A stretch of DNA of 64,000 bases. Source: Camelus ferus. Its lineage: Eukaryota. The stretch lies in NCBI RefSeq assembly GCF_009834535.1, contig NC_045696.1, positions 5,892,001 to 5,956,000 of the forward strand, read 5' to 3'. Made by a program: the position numbers and the translations under genes. This document shows positions 36,722 through 48,486 of the stretch, one piece after another; position 1 is the stretch's first letter, and every line of letters starts with the position of its first letter. The notes beneath the pieces are model-generated. The model was not told where the DNA came from, made no database searches, and worked only from the letters and a program-made list of their open reading frames with translations.

Positions 36722-37449
36722 GTTGCGCGCTGCGCAGAGCGGTGTGGAGCCCTCACTGCTGTTGTCGCCACTGGCCGTTCCAGGCCAGCCCTTCCTTCTA
36801 GGGTGTGTCCTACCCTCATTTCAACGTCCAGTGGGAAAACTGTGGCTGAGGGTGAACCCACTTGCCCAGCGCCGTAAAGCCCAGAAGCCCAGCCAGGACT
36901 TCTGCCCTGGAGAGCCGTCTAACCTGGGAGGCCGTCTACTCAGAAACTCAGCTGGAAGGTGAGTTGCCTGACCTGCTGTACAAAGCAGGCTCTGAGGCGC
37001 GAGGGCCGTGGGTGCTACAGAGCCGTGTCTTCCCAGCATGTGCAGACCCCAGGAAGCAGGGCGGGGTGCCCCGAGGGCGGCCTGAGTCCCTCATCCCACC
37101 CTTCTCCTCCCCTATCCATGCCCTGTAGAAATTTGGGAGTTTCTGTCATGTCTGAATATGTGGGAAAAATTGGGGGGTCACCCATGTTCTGCCTCACCAA
37201 AGGCTCTGTAGCTGTGGGAAGGGTTGGGGTGTTACACACATGGAAGGCTCTCGGCTCTTTGTATGGAATGTGCAACGCTTGTGCTAAAAGCGCTGAGAGA
37301 TGAGGGCGCAGGGACCAGCCCACCCTTCCCCAGCCTTCCTGGTGATGGAGTGGCTCGTCTCCTCCAGGGCCTGGGGTGCCGACCGGATGGCCCTCTGCGT
37401 GGTCTTCTCCAGCTGCTTGTTTTAAGGAGAGCCATGGCGGAGGGCAGGA

Positions 37450-37863
37450 TGTAGGGCACTGATCAGCTGACGCCTCCCCTAAATTCACATCCACCCAGAG
37501 CCTCAGCTTGTGACCTTATTTAGAAATAGGGTCTTCGCAGGTGTAATTAGTTAAGTCGAGATGAGGTCATGCTGGATGAGGGTGGGTCCTAAATCCAGCG
37601 ACCGATGTCGTCATAAGAAGAGGAGAGGGCACAGAGACCCACGGGGATGAAGGCCACGTCAGGATGGAGACAGGGCGGAGGGCTGCAGCCACAGGCCAGG
37701 GAGCACCGAGGAGGGCCGGCAGTCCCCAGAAGTGGGAAGAGCGGAGGAGGCAGGAAAGGCCCTCCCCACGGCCTTGCTGGCCCTGCTGGCACCTGGACGT
37801 CACACTTCTGGCCCCAGGCGGTGTGGTGTCTCTCTGCTGTGCAGCCCTGGGGAACCAATACGG
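37450..37863 (+). mobile_element. MLT1C-type solo LTR
   Basis: aaattcacatccacccagagcctcag..tgtgaccttatttagaaatagggtcttcgcag..gatgaggtcatgctggatgagggtgggtcctaaatcc. Confidence 0.88.
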
Positions 37864-38824
37864 CGGAGAGGCCATTTTTCCAGGGACTCGGGTGTCCACA
37901 AGCATAAAAGGAAACGCATTCCAGTAATGGCAGGGAAGCGACCCAGGCTCCCTTACCTCCCGGGTTTCCTCTCCGGGGAGGCCTCTGCAGGTGGTGGCAG
38001 GTGAGACACTCAACCAGGAGGCCTGGCTCGGTTTGCGTCCCAAGCCGGGCACACACCTTGGTGTGTAGTGGTGGTTCTTTTCCTTTGTGTCCAGTCATAG
38101 TAGCTGCATGTGTTTAAGGGACAAGGGAGATGGAGGGAGTGGGGGTGGGAGGGACTTCAGCGCAGAGGAAAAGGACGGAATTACTCCGAGGAGTGGCAAC
38201 CCTGCGGAGTCTCCCTGATGCCTCTGCCCGGAAGGGCTCTGCCTAGGGGGTTGCTGGACTGGAGAACTGGGCTTTTGAAGCTCCGTCTCTCATCACGTCA
38301 CCTCCAGCAGGGCCCGGCTCTGAGCTGCCTCAGTTTCCTCAGCTGAGAAATGGGCTAGTTGACATGCACAAACGTGCATCTTGGGTGAGGCTGCCAGGGA
38401 AGAGGTGAGCCAGTGCAGGTGTGAGTCAAGTGCTTTCACGTGGTGGTGACACTGTGGTTTCCTTGGTAACGGATGCTGCTGTCTGGCAAATTCCCACAGC
38501 CAACCTCAGAGCTGTGGTACTTGACTTGGATGTCCCTGAACTGGTTTTCATCCAGGGTTGTCCTAGTCAATGTGGGTGAATTTGTGCCCCCAGACAGGAG
38601 GCTTCCCCGAGGCCATCACACACTCGCACACACATGGGCACACCTGCACGCACACACGACACACACCCTGAATCACACCATTATACCCCACACTGCAGTG
38701 ATGTGAACAGGGTCACCAATGCGTGTGACCATCCCAGCCGTGTAAGCCATGCTGACCTTTCACCCTTGCTTCTAAAAGGACTTCCAGTGATTCTGGGACT
38801 TTATTTTAGAAAATACTCCTTCCT

Positions 38825-38997
38825 AGCAACAGGGACCTACTGTGCAGCACGAGGAACTATGTTCACTGTCTTGTAATAACTTACAATGGAAAAGACTCTG
38901 AAAAAGAATATATATATGTGTAACTGAATCACTCTGCTGTACACCTGAAACTAACACAACACTGTAAATCAACTCTACTTCAATTAAAAAAAAAAAG
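38825..38997 (+). mobile_element. Short L1 3' end with poly(A) tail
   Basis: TSD agaaaatactccttcct (38808-38824) / agaaaatgcccccttcct (38996-39013) at a TTTT/AG site. Confidence 0.92.
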
Positions 38998-39354
38998 AAA
39001 ATGCCCCCTTCCTTTGTAAAATATTATCTCCAGACGAGAAGCTTCTGAGCAACGAGGTGGAGCGATGAAATATTTTCCCAATCCTGGCCCTTCTGAATGA
39101 CAGACAAACCAAAGACCGACAGCCAGAAAGTAGGATTCTGCGCACGGGACACTCCCAGGAGGGGCCCAGAAGTTCTCTCTTCCTTGGGGGATCCCCTTTC
39201 TTGGAAGTTGGGTATTTACCAACTGTGCAATTGGCTCCCTGAAAGGTGGTCATCTTTTTTCCTGCGGGGTTGCAAAGAAAGTGAGTTGCTCAAGGTCACA
39301 AAGCTACTCAACAAGCAAGTTGGGACTGAAAGAATGTGGATCCAAGAGCCCGCG

Positions 39355-39780
39355 CATACCGAGCATGCGCCGTGCGCTGGTCCTCGCTCCCGGACTTCCG
39401 CGCGCGAGTTCAGTGACTCCTCACAAACTCCGTGATACAGGCTTTATCCCCATGTTACAGCTGAGGACGCTGAGGCAGAGAGAGGAAAACAATCAGGGGC
39501 CAGGCAGTGTGGTTCCAAGTCCCAGTTCTTAACACAGTACCCTCCTGCCCCCCAAACCCGAAGTCAAGCTGCCTGGGGAAGGATCAGATCCTGGCCAATG
39601 CGGGCACCTGCAGCTCACCCAGGGTATAACCCAGGGTTAGTACTTGACCCCTGACCCTGCGTAAATTACTGAAGCATCCGAAGACTCATTGTGTTCTTCC
39701 GTAAAATGGGCATCCCTCCAGATCCCTCATGTGCTGCTGTGAAGCTTAATTACATGGTACATGTAAAGCACCTGTTAGAT
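39355..39780. mobile_element. Two MIR fragments (about 39355-39535 -, 39630-39780 +)
   Basis: tatccccatgttacagctgaggacgctgaggcagagagagg; tgaccctgcgtaaattact..cgtaaaatggg..atgtaaagcacct. Confidence 0.6.
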
Positions 39781-40764
39781 TTTATTCCCAAGAAACTTCA
39801 GTTATTCTTCCTTCTGCTGGATTAGGAGTGTCAACTCTGCATCCTTGCTGCCTGTCCCTGGCTAGCTCTGTAAGTAGAGCTGTTAATCAGATGAAGGCTG
39901 TCTGTGACATTTCAGGAATTCTGCAAGGAACTACCCACCCATCTTATCACCTTGGCCTAAGCGTTTTTCTCTGTGTTTATTGTTTTAGTGTTCCTTTATC
40001 CCTGACCTGAGGTCGATTTCCATCAGCTGCGGTGACATCGTGCACCTGCCCAGCTGGTTTGGGCTGGGCCATCAGATGCTATGTCCACGACCGGGCTCAG
40101 ACTCAGAGGCAACCCCACGTCCTGTCCATTAGGGCTCCCCAGCAGGGGTCTCCTCCCGAGGACACCCTCCCCTCCCTGCCCCAGGCTCCTCTCCAGCACC
40201 TGCCAGGCATTCCCCTTCTCTCTGACCACAGACTCAGCCTGGTGGGGGCAGGGTAGGACCCTCCCTGTCTTCTGAAGCCCGGCAGCTTCCCAGCCTCTGT
40301 TGCTGTCTGGGAGTGGGCTCAGTGGGAGGTGGAGGCTCTAGAAGAAGACATAGCAGCCCCAGGCCCTCCCTGGCAGCAACCTGAGTCTCAGGTTGTCGTT
40401 ATCTAATAAATAACTACAGGCCAGAGAGGCTGGTCTCGTGACTCGGGCCAGGGCTCCTCCCTGAAGTCTTCCTAGATGAAAAGTTCTGATAACCCTGAGG
40501 ACGTCAGATTCCCTCTTCCCATCCCATCCCCATTTTCTGGGCTTAGATATGAATGTTGGCCCTGATCGATGTATATTCTGTGTCGTTTAAAATGTACTAA
40601 TATCTAGGTGGAATTACACAAATGTAGGTGGAATGCCCCCTATGTGATGGCACTTTCTGGGTCTATAAGGGACACAAAGGCAAATTGGACATCGCCTCGT
40701 CCCCGAGGCCTCTGGTGTAGCAAGGATATGTGTGCATTCACACACACACACCCCATGTAATGTT

Positions 40765-41215
40765 GCACTAGTCCTGTTACTGCAGTGACAATTTGCTACG
40801 AACTCAGTGGCTTAAAACAGCACAAGTTTATTCCCTTACTGTCTGGTAGTCGCAAGTCTGACAGCGTCTCACTGCTCTAAAGAAGGTGTCAGCACGGTGT
40901 ATTTCTTTCTGGAGATTCTGTTTTCTGCCATTTTCCGGCTTCTAGTGGCTCCTGGGCTGGTGGGCCCTCCTCCGCCTCTGATTCGTCTTCCTCACCCTTA
41001 GGTCTCTCCAAGAGCACAGCTGGGAAAGAGTGTCAGCTTTCAAGGACCCATGCGATTAGACTGGGCCCAGCGGGGTCAGCTGGGACGCCCTCCCCTTCTC
41101 AACCTGATCACATCTGCGAAGGCCCGCTGCCCTGCGTTGTAATATGGTCACAGTTCCCACGGATTAGGACGTGGGCATCATTTGGGGGTGGGGGGAGCAG
41201 TATTCTGCCACCACA
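40765..41215 (-). mobile_element. MLT1D-type solo LTR
   Basis: cagtggcttaaaacagcacaagtttatt..aaggacccatgcgattagactgggccca..ggattaggacgtgggcatc..attctgccaccaca. Confidence 0.85.
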
Positions 41216-41437
41216 AATACACGTCATGTAAGTAGCAACTACAATAGGATAGAAACTTGTGTTAATATAGTTATAATATAGATTAGTTATTCCAAGTTGC
41301 TCAGAGTGCTTGTCGGGGGGAGGTAGGTATTCTGGATCTGGGTTGGGAGGTTGGGGCATTAAGAGTGGGTTGGGGAAGATGAGTTTGGGAAGCGTACATT
41401 CAAGTAACAATAAAGAGTGGCTTCTGTTTCTATATGT

Positions 41438-41488
41438 TTATCTGCCTATCTGCCTATCTATCTATCTATCTATCCATCCATCTATCTA
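41438..41488. repeat. (TCTA)n/(TCCA)n microsatellite
   Basis: tatctgcctatctgcctatctatctatctatctatccatccatctatcta. Confidence 0.85.
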
Positions 41489-42539
41489 ATCTTACATGTT
41501 GCTCATAAGAAGTCATAGTTGGGGAACAGTTACTGCTTTACGGGCACTAGAGGAGGATGGGGTATTTTGTATGCTTGGCGGGCTGGAAAGTCTTCAGGGG
41601 GAGGTGTGCTTGGAGGACTCGAGGCTGAGCCTTGGAGGTCGGGAGGGTTTTGGACCCATGGAGACAGGCAATCAGGCTGGTCAGGGACCAGAAGAAAAAC
41701 ATCACAGGCAGCTAAGGGGACCTGATGCCATGAGCTGGTCTGTAGTAGAGGGTTTCACGAGGAGCAAATGAAAGGTAAATTAGGAGGTCGGGGCCTCCCC
41801 AAGGGTGCAGGCCCTGGGCAGCTTTCAGAGCCATGGAGCAGAACAGTGAAATCCCAGGAGCACTGGGACATGGGGTCCAGAGCGGGAGTCAGATGGCTGA
41901 CAGGAGGACCGACCCCACGGTGGGTACCTTGGCAGTGTTGGAGCAGGGCCAGGAGGGTCTGTCTTGAGGCTGTGGAGGGGCGGGTCTGCTGTGGGCACCT
42001 GGGTCCCGTCTGGAAATGCCCTGGGTCCCTGAGGACTGGCTTTGAGAGGATGACTTGTATGTACTCGGAGGAAATCAGGGTCCCCGGATGGGTCTGATGA
42101 GATGGGTTTTAGGGTTCCCGGGTCAAATGCTGAGCCAAGCAGGGGAACTGCAATGCTGCCCTGAGGGGCCGTGGCCATGTCACAGAGAATCTGGCTGCCC
42201 CTCTGTCTGTGTGGGCGGAAGGCGTGGGCGCCCTGGCCCAGGAGAGAAGCCTGTGATACCGGGGTGGGTTCCGGGCAGTTAAGCATTCTTGCCTCAGCAT
42301 GGTGACACCAGGTTTTCTCGGGAAACTGGATGGCCGACAGGATTTCCTGACCCTTCCTGGCACACGCTCCCTGGAGAGTCAAGCCTGCTGTCCTGCGGAT
42401 CCAGCCATGGGGCCCGAGTAGACACAATTGGTGGCCTTTAGTTGACAGACCTGTACGTGAGGGAGCTGTTAACGATGCTGTGTCCTCATCTTCCTGGTTG
42501 TGCGCTTCTCCAAAGAGGATGTCCTTACCCTGTGAGAGT

Positions 42540-42686
42540 GTCAGCAGCCCCCAGCAGTCATCGGAAATGCAGATTCTCTGGCCCCACCCAGACCTCCTGA
42601 ACCAGAAACGCTGAGATGCGGCCCAGACATCTGGGTTTGCCAAGCCCTCCAGGGGGTGTGGATGCCACTCAGGATGGAGAACCACC
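42540..42686. mobile_element. MER5A-like MITE
   Basis: gaaatgcagattctctggccccacccagacctcctgaaccagaaac..caagccctccagg..gagaaccac. Confidence 0.82.
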
Positions 42687-43889
42687 ATCCCACTGCCCTC
42701 CTGGCCTCTCAGTCGCTCATCTCCTTCCTCCTCCCATCTCGGTCCTGCCCTGTGGCCGACGCCCCGTCTTCACACGTCTGACACTTGGCAATCTTGCCAC
42801 TGTGAGAGGCTCTGGTGTGTCTTCAGGCTTCAGAGGTGAGTCAGTCAGATGATTCGAGGTGAAACCATCTGTCCTGTAGGAGAGTTGGGGGACAGTGAGG
42901 GGCTGCTAAATGGAGGCCGTGGCCAGGTGAGTGCAAGACTATCCCTTCCCTGCAGCGTGAGGGATTTGGACGAGACCGAGACAGGACTCTTCTGGGATGT
43001 GATGTCCGAGCGGTGACGGTAGGCTCCCCACCTCTGGATGTCCCTAAAAATGAGGTGATCATCTCCCACCGTGATCCTGCCTCAGGGTGGAAAATGGACT
43101 TCAGGACCTTGTGTGGTCCTGAACCATTCAGATACTCTTCTCCACTTCTGTCTAGAACATTCCTAGGAGGACCTTGCAGAACTGAGAGTGAGGCTTTTCT
43201 TTTAAATGCAAACCTCCATTAGGGCTGCGAGTGGAATGTCCAATGATGTCAAATAGAACTGAGGGCCCTCTACATCCCTGTTCATTCATGTCCTGCACGT
43301 CTCCACCTGCGGGTGGACTGTGGCTGTGGGGGCCAGGCTGCCCAGCGCCAAAGAGGTCTAGGCGTGAGGTTGCAGTGGGTTTCTGCAGAAAATGCATCAC
43401 CTTGAGGCCTTTCAATTTGTTTTCCGATTTGAAAAAGATGCTTCTTCCTTTCCATACTATCGGCTGTCAGTATCTTTCTTAGGTACGTCTTCTACTAGTG
43501 CAGAAAAATCAAAGATGCCTGAAACAAAGACTCGCAGCTAAAGAATGAGGAGGTGGGTACGGATGGAGTCTGGTCTGTGCCAGACCGGAGCAGATGATCC
43601 CTGGCACATGGAGTGGTGAGGGATGTGGGCACCACTGTGGGCAGGGATGGAGGGGAATAGGGTGAGGACCAGGGCTCTGGGTTGGGTGCTGACCCCACCA
43701 CTTACTTGCTTATGAGCACAGGAGAGAGGAAAGAGAGGATGGAAGAGGCTGCAGCTCCCGCCCAGAGCTGTCTCCACCTGAGGCCATGGTCCCCTGTGGT
43801 TCTGACCCAGGAGCATCCTTGCCCCCTCCCTGCTCTGATGGGACGGACTAAAGGAAATCCTGGTGCAAAAAATGCTGCTGATCTCTATT

Positions 43890-44785
43890 TTTTTAAAAGA
43901 GTTGAATTGTTTTATTGTGGTAAGTTACATTCAACATCAAATTGACCATTTTACCCTTTCTGAGTATACGATTCAGTGGCATTAAGCACATTCACATTGT
44001 TGTGCAGCCATCACCACTGTCCATCTCCAGAATGTTTCATCGTCATGGATGAAACTCTGTCCAGATGAAACGCTGACACCCCCTCTGCCTTGTCTCAGCC
44101 TCCGGTCACCTCTGACCTACTTTCTGTCTCTATGGGCTTGACTGCTCTGCATAACTCACACGTGGGTCAGACAGTACTTATCCTTTCGTGTCTGGCTTCC
44201 TTCACTTATGTCCATCCATGCTGTAGCATGTGTCACAGTATCCTTTCTTTTTAAGGCTGAATACTATTCTATTGTATGTATGGCTAGACCACATTTTGTT
44301 TATCCCTTCCTCCATTAATAAATGCTTGGGTTATTTCTACCTTTGGTTGTTATGAATAGTGTACATTGGTGTACAAACATCTGTTTGAGTCCCGCTTCCA
44401 ATTCTTTGGGGTATATACCCAGAAGTGAATATCTGAGTCATCTGGTAATCATGTGTAAGTTTTTGAAGACCTGCCACATTGTCTTCCACAACAGCTGCAC
44501 AATTTAACATTCCCGGCAGCAATGCACAAGGGTTCCAATTTCTCCACATCCTTGTCGATGTTTGTTCTTTTCTATTTTTAAAATATTGAAGTACAGTCAA
44601 TGACAAGGTGTCAGTTTGCTTTGCTTTTTTGACAGTTGCCATCCTGATGCATGTAAAGTGGTATCACAGAGTGTGATTTGCGTTTCTCTAATGATGAGTG
44701 ATGTTGCCTGCCTTTTCATGTGCCACTGGCCTTCTGCATACTTTCTTTGGAGAAACGCCTATTCAAGTTCTTGGTCCAGTTTTGA
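43890..44785 (-). mobile_element. L1MB-type 3' end
   Basis: ttttattgtggtaa..aaattgaccatttta..ttcagtggcattaagcacattcacattgttgtgcagccatcaccac..tttggagaaacgcctattcaag. Confidence 0.9.
44567..44618 (-). mobile_element. About 50-bp extreme 3' end of the younger L1, nested in the L1MB
   Basis: ttctatttttaaaatattgaagtacagtcaatgacaaggtgtcagttt matches the terminus of the 28781 and 61574 copies. Confidence 0.7.
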
Positions 44786-45349
44786 AGCTGGCCTCTAATT
44801 TTAGCTGCAGTTGGAAGACTGACTAGTTGAGCTAGAAAATCCCCATGTTTTAAAAAAATCTTTTCTAATTTTCTTTGAGGTAAGAAGTTTGTTTCTGCAT
44901 GTGGCTGGACAATGTTACACTTCGACAAAGATGTGCCTGTCCTGTATTCCTTCTGTCTCCATGGGGAGGCAGGGCCTTCACCTGTTGCTGGCTCAATGTC
45001 TCCCAGGTGTACCTAGAACCTGAGATTTGCTTAAGCCAATGCTCCCCCTTGGAACTGGTCCAAAAAGGAAGCTTTTTTTGTGAGGCCCTGGAAAGCAAGT
45101 GGCTGAAACCACGGAAAGTATCAACTGTGGTTTTACAGGGCAGCATGGCTGGGGCGGAGTGAGCGGGCTGGATGCTCTGTCCTGGGCCTAACTCTTGGCT
45201 TTGAGAACTATTTGTCAGAAAGTCTTTCCTCTTTTGGTTCTAACTCTTAGATAATAGGCACATATTAATGCCGTTGGTTGTCAGAAAGACATTGGAAAAA
45301 TCCTATGATTGTTTAAATGGACTAAAACACATTTTAAAAATGAACATAA

Positions 45350-45455
45350 TGGCTCAGGATGTTGATGGTGAGAAGGCTGTGCATGGCTCGGGACAGGAGC
45401 ACGTGGGAACTCTCTGTCCTTTCCAGTCAATTTTGCTCTCAATGAAGTCTATCAA
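45350..45455 (+). mobile_element. L1MC/L1MD-type 3' terminal fragment
   Basis: caggatgttgatggtgagaaggctgtgcatg..tgggaactctctgtcctttccagtcaattttgct. Confidence 0.6.
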
Positions 45456-46529
45456 GAAAGAAAGGACATTTAAAGGGGGGGGGGGTGTGGTCTTCCACCA
45501 CTTCAGCACCAAAAATGTGGAGATGGTATCATAAATCGAGGAATAATATAAAACATGTCTTTGGAGAGGTGTAGCTTTAGTAAATAAGGCTTTATCTTCA
45601 GAGCTAGGTGAATATTTCTCGTTTGGCTTTAAGAAGAGAGACGAGGACACAGACCTACACAGCGGGAGATCTTTACTAAAGGAATAAACGCTGCAGAGGT
45701 CGGCCCCGGTGATGGTCCGTTCATTTGCTTGTGCATATTCGTACGTGCACACGCCCCCAGGTGTGCAGGACTGTGGAGGCTGAGAGCTCCAGGCAGCAAG
45801 GACTCACGCACCACATGTGGACTGCAGCGCAGATAAGGCTTGCGGTGTGCTTTCTTACCATGAAATTCACTCCCCTTCTCCTGAACCGAGAGTTTCCTTG
45901 GCTCTGATGAGGCTCCTGTCTGCACGGCCCCCGGCCACTGTGGGTCTGAGTCCTTCTCTAGTCATGGCCTCTTCTCTGGCTCATGCTCTCTGCAGCTCAC
46001 AGCCACCTTCTTGAAATTCTCTTGGCTTCTGGGACATCATTTTTTTTTTCCCCTGATTTCCCTTTTATTTCTCTGGTTCTTTCTCAGGGAGACCTGCCCT
46101 GACCCCTGTATGGGTTGGACGGCCCACCAGAGTTGGGTAATTTGAGGAGAACTTAAAAAAGGGACTGCTTACCAACTTGGGGGTGGGGTGGTGCAGCACC
46201 CCAGGGCCAGCGATGTGGGGAGCCCTTGCGGACTCTTGGTCCAAAGGACCAAAGGAAGGGAGCAGGTTTGTCCTCGGCAGAACCTGGAGAGAGAGAGCTC
46301 GAGGAAGCATATCTCTGAAGAAACCAGGAGGGACGGGCCAGGGAGGATAAACACCACAGGACCCTCCTCCAGCTGTGCTCTTCTGCTGTGCTCCCGATGG
46401 AGGCTGACGGGGGGGCGGGCATTGATGCACTGCACCCCTGATGTCCTGGGACAAAGAACGGGCAGGAAAAGCCTGCAGAGTAAATCTATAGGGACCAGCA
46501 GAAGCCATCCGACCACTGCCACACCTGCG

Positions 46530-46911
46530 ATGAGCTGGATTATGTCCCAGCCTCCCATCCAGATGTTGAAGTCCTAACCCCCAGTAACTCAGAATGGGAC
46601 CTTCCTTGGAGCTCACGTCTTTAAAGAAGTAATTAAGTTAAAATGTGGTCAATGGGTTGGGTCCTAATTCAGTTGGGACTGGCATCCTTATCAGAAGAGA
46701 GATGAGGACACAGATACACACAGAGGGATGACCATGTCAGGACACAGGGGGAAGAGAACCGTCTACGATCCAAGAGGCCTCAGAAGAACCCAACCCTGCG
46801 TGCACCTTGATCTTGGATTTCCACCCTCTGGAACTATGAGCCAATACACTTCTGTGTTTAATCAGCCTGGTCTGTAGTCTTTGTTACGGCAGCTGGAGCT
46901 AACGTAGACAA
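46530..46911 (+). mobile_element. MLT1B-type solo LTR
   Basis: atgttgaagtcctaacccccagtaactcagaatg..aggacacagatacacacagagggatgaccatgt..caccttgatcttggatttcc. Confidence 0.88.
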
Positions 46912-46939
46912 TACCTAAGTTTTTAATGACTTTGAGCAC

Positions 46940-47160
46940 TTTCTTCCCCTTCCCGGCTTGAGTTTTCTCTTTGGCCTCTATTACCATCTGGTGCGCCCTG
47001 TGTTTTATTTACCTTGTCCTTTGTCCCAAAGCGCCCTCCCTCCCCACATCACCTCCATAAAGATGTGATTCCTCTATTTTGCTGCGCTGAAGTCTCAGGG
47101 CCTAAATCATCACCTGATGACTAGAAAGTGCTCTGGAGGGGCAAATGTTTGTTGAATGAA
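46940..47160 (+). mobile_element. LINE-2 3' end
   Basis: ttaccatctg..ttttatttac..cctccataa..cagggcctaaatcatcacctg..aaatgtttgttgaatgaa. Confidence 0.55.
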
Positions 47161-47613
47161 ACATTTTCCAGGTCCTTCGTTTTTAATAATCTTTGCTGGT
47201 TTTCCCTCCTTCTGCTCGTCTCTTAACCCCAAAGGCCCCAAACTGCACTCAATGGTCTTGGCCTCGGCCTCTGCAGCTCCTCCTCTGTTCCTCCCTTTGA
47301 TTGGTAGACCGCAACCCCACGGTGTCTGGAGCCAGGGACTCCAGAACCCCCCCCCCCCGCTGCCTCTCCCGGTCATCCCACCCATCCCTTCCTCTCCGTC
47401 TGCACGGTGGCCTTGACTCAGCCACACGCGAGGGATGCTGTCCAAGGCCTTCTCGGAGCCAGAGTCTGGGCTGAGATAGGTGGTCCGGTACTCTGAATGT
47501 TCGTGGTGCCAGCTGTGAATTGGCTGCCCCAGGGAGGCTTCAGGAGGTGGGAGGAGCCTGGTGTGTGAGTGACCTGGGAGGCTGAAGGGTTGAGCTGAGT
47601 CAGACACACAGCA

Positions 47614-47794
47614 GTGAGTGTGTGTGTGTATGTGTGTGTGTGTTTGTATATGCGTGTGTGTTTGTGTGTATGTGTTTGTCTGTGTGTGTGAGAGAGAGAG
47701 GGAGATAGCCAGAGACAGACAGACACACAGACAGAGATACAAGACAGAGATACAGAGACAGAGAGAAACAGAGGGAAAGAGAGAGAGAGAGAGA
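47614..47794. repeat. Compound (TG)n-(GA)n microsatellite
   Basis: About 75 bp of TG-rich sequence followed by about 105 bp of GA-rich sequence. Confidence 0.92.
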
Positions 47795-48289
47795 AAACAC
47801 GTGTGTATAAAGTTTAACAAGCTTCCTTCCTCTTCCCATAGCGTGATTTAATCCTATCAACTAATCCTATCTAATACACTTATCAGGATATTGGCATTTC
47901 CCACTGGCGATCAACAAATCATCTGGGATTTTACTTCTGGAAGAAAAAAGGAACTCCCGGAGTCATCCAGAATGCAGGTCTCTGTACACATGCACCACAT
48001 TTCCTTGGAAGCCTCTTGGGAATTTTTTGCTCCTCTGAGATCCAGCCCTGCCGGCCTTGGGACAGGGCCTGAATTCATGTTGACTGTTTTCCAAAGGTCC
48101 ACACTTCATCGCAGAGGGAATTAGGGCTGACCCAGGGTCAGGGGATGGGGAAGATGAGTTGGAGCCTACTTCTTCAGAATGCACAGGTGGCTACCCAGCA
48201 CAGGAAGTGGGAGAGCTCTGACTGGGGAGGAAATCTTGTGCCGGTTCAGGTGCTGGCTCTCCTTGGTGGGTCCTTAGGCACACTTCTTT

Positions 48290-48486
48290 AAGAAAAAAAT
48301 TTTTTTAATTAAAGAAATGTGTTTATTGAAGTGTAGTTGATATACAACGTTGTGTTAATTTCTGGTGTACAGCATGGTGATTCAGTTACACATACGTATA
48401 TATTCTTTTTCAGATTCTCTTCCCTGCAGGTTATTACAAGCTACTGAATGTAGTTCCCTGTGCTCCACAGCAGGGCCTTGTTGTTT
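48290..48486 (-). mobile_element. Short L1 3' end
   Basis: ttgaagtgtagttgatatacaacgttgtgttaatttctggtgtacagc; degenerate TSD cttaggcacacttcttt (48273-48289) / ctcaggctcactggcttt (48487-48504). Confidence 0.88.

Noticed and set aside
41825..42688. Longest ORF, 287 aa (also 32456-33202, 52984-53646, 20479-21102 and 16799-17398)
   Set aside because: No recognisable domain, composition typical of random GC-rich frames, mostly non-ATG starts; this one begins in a MER5 element.
47110..47820. 236-aa ORF with LSLS/THTH runs
   Set aside because: It is largely a translation of the (TG)n-(GA)n microsatellite.
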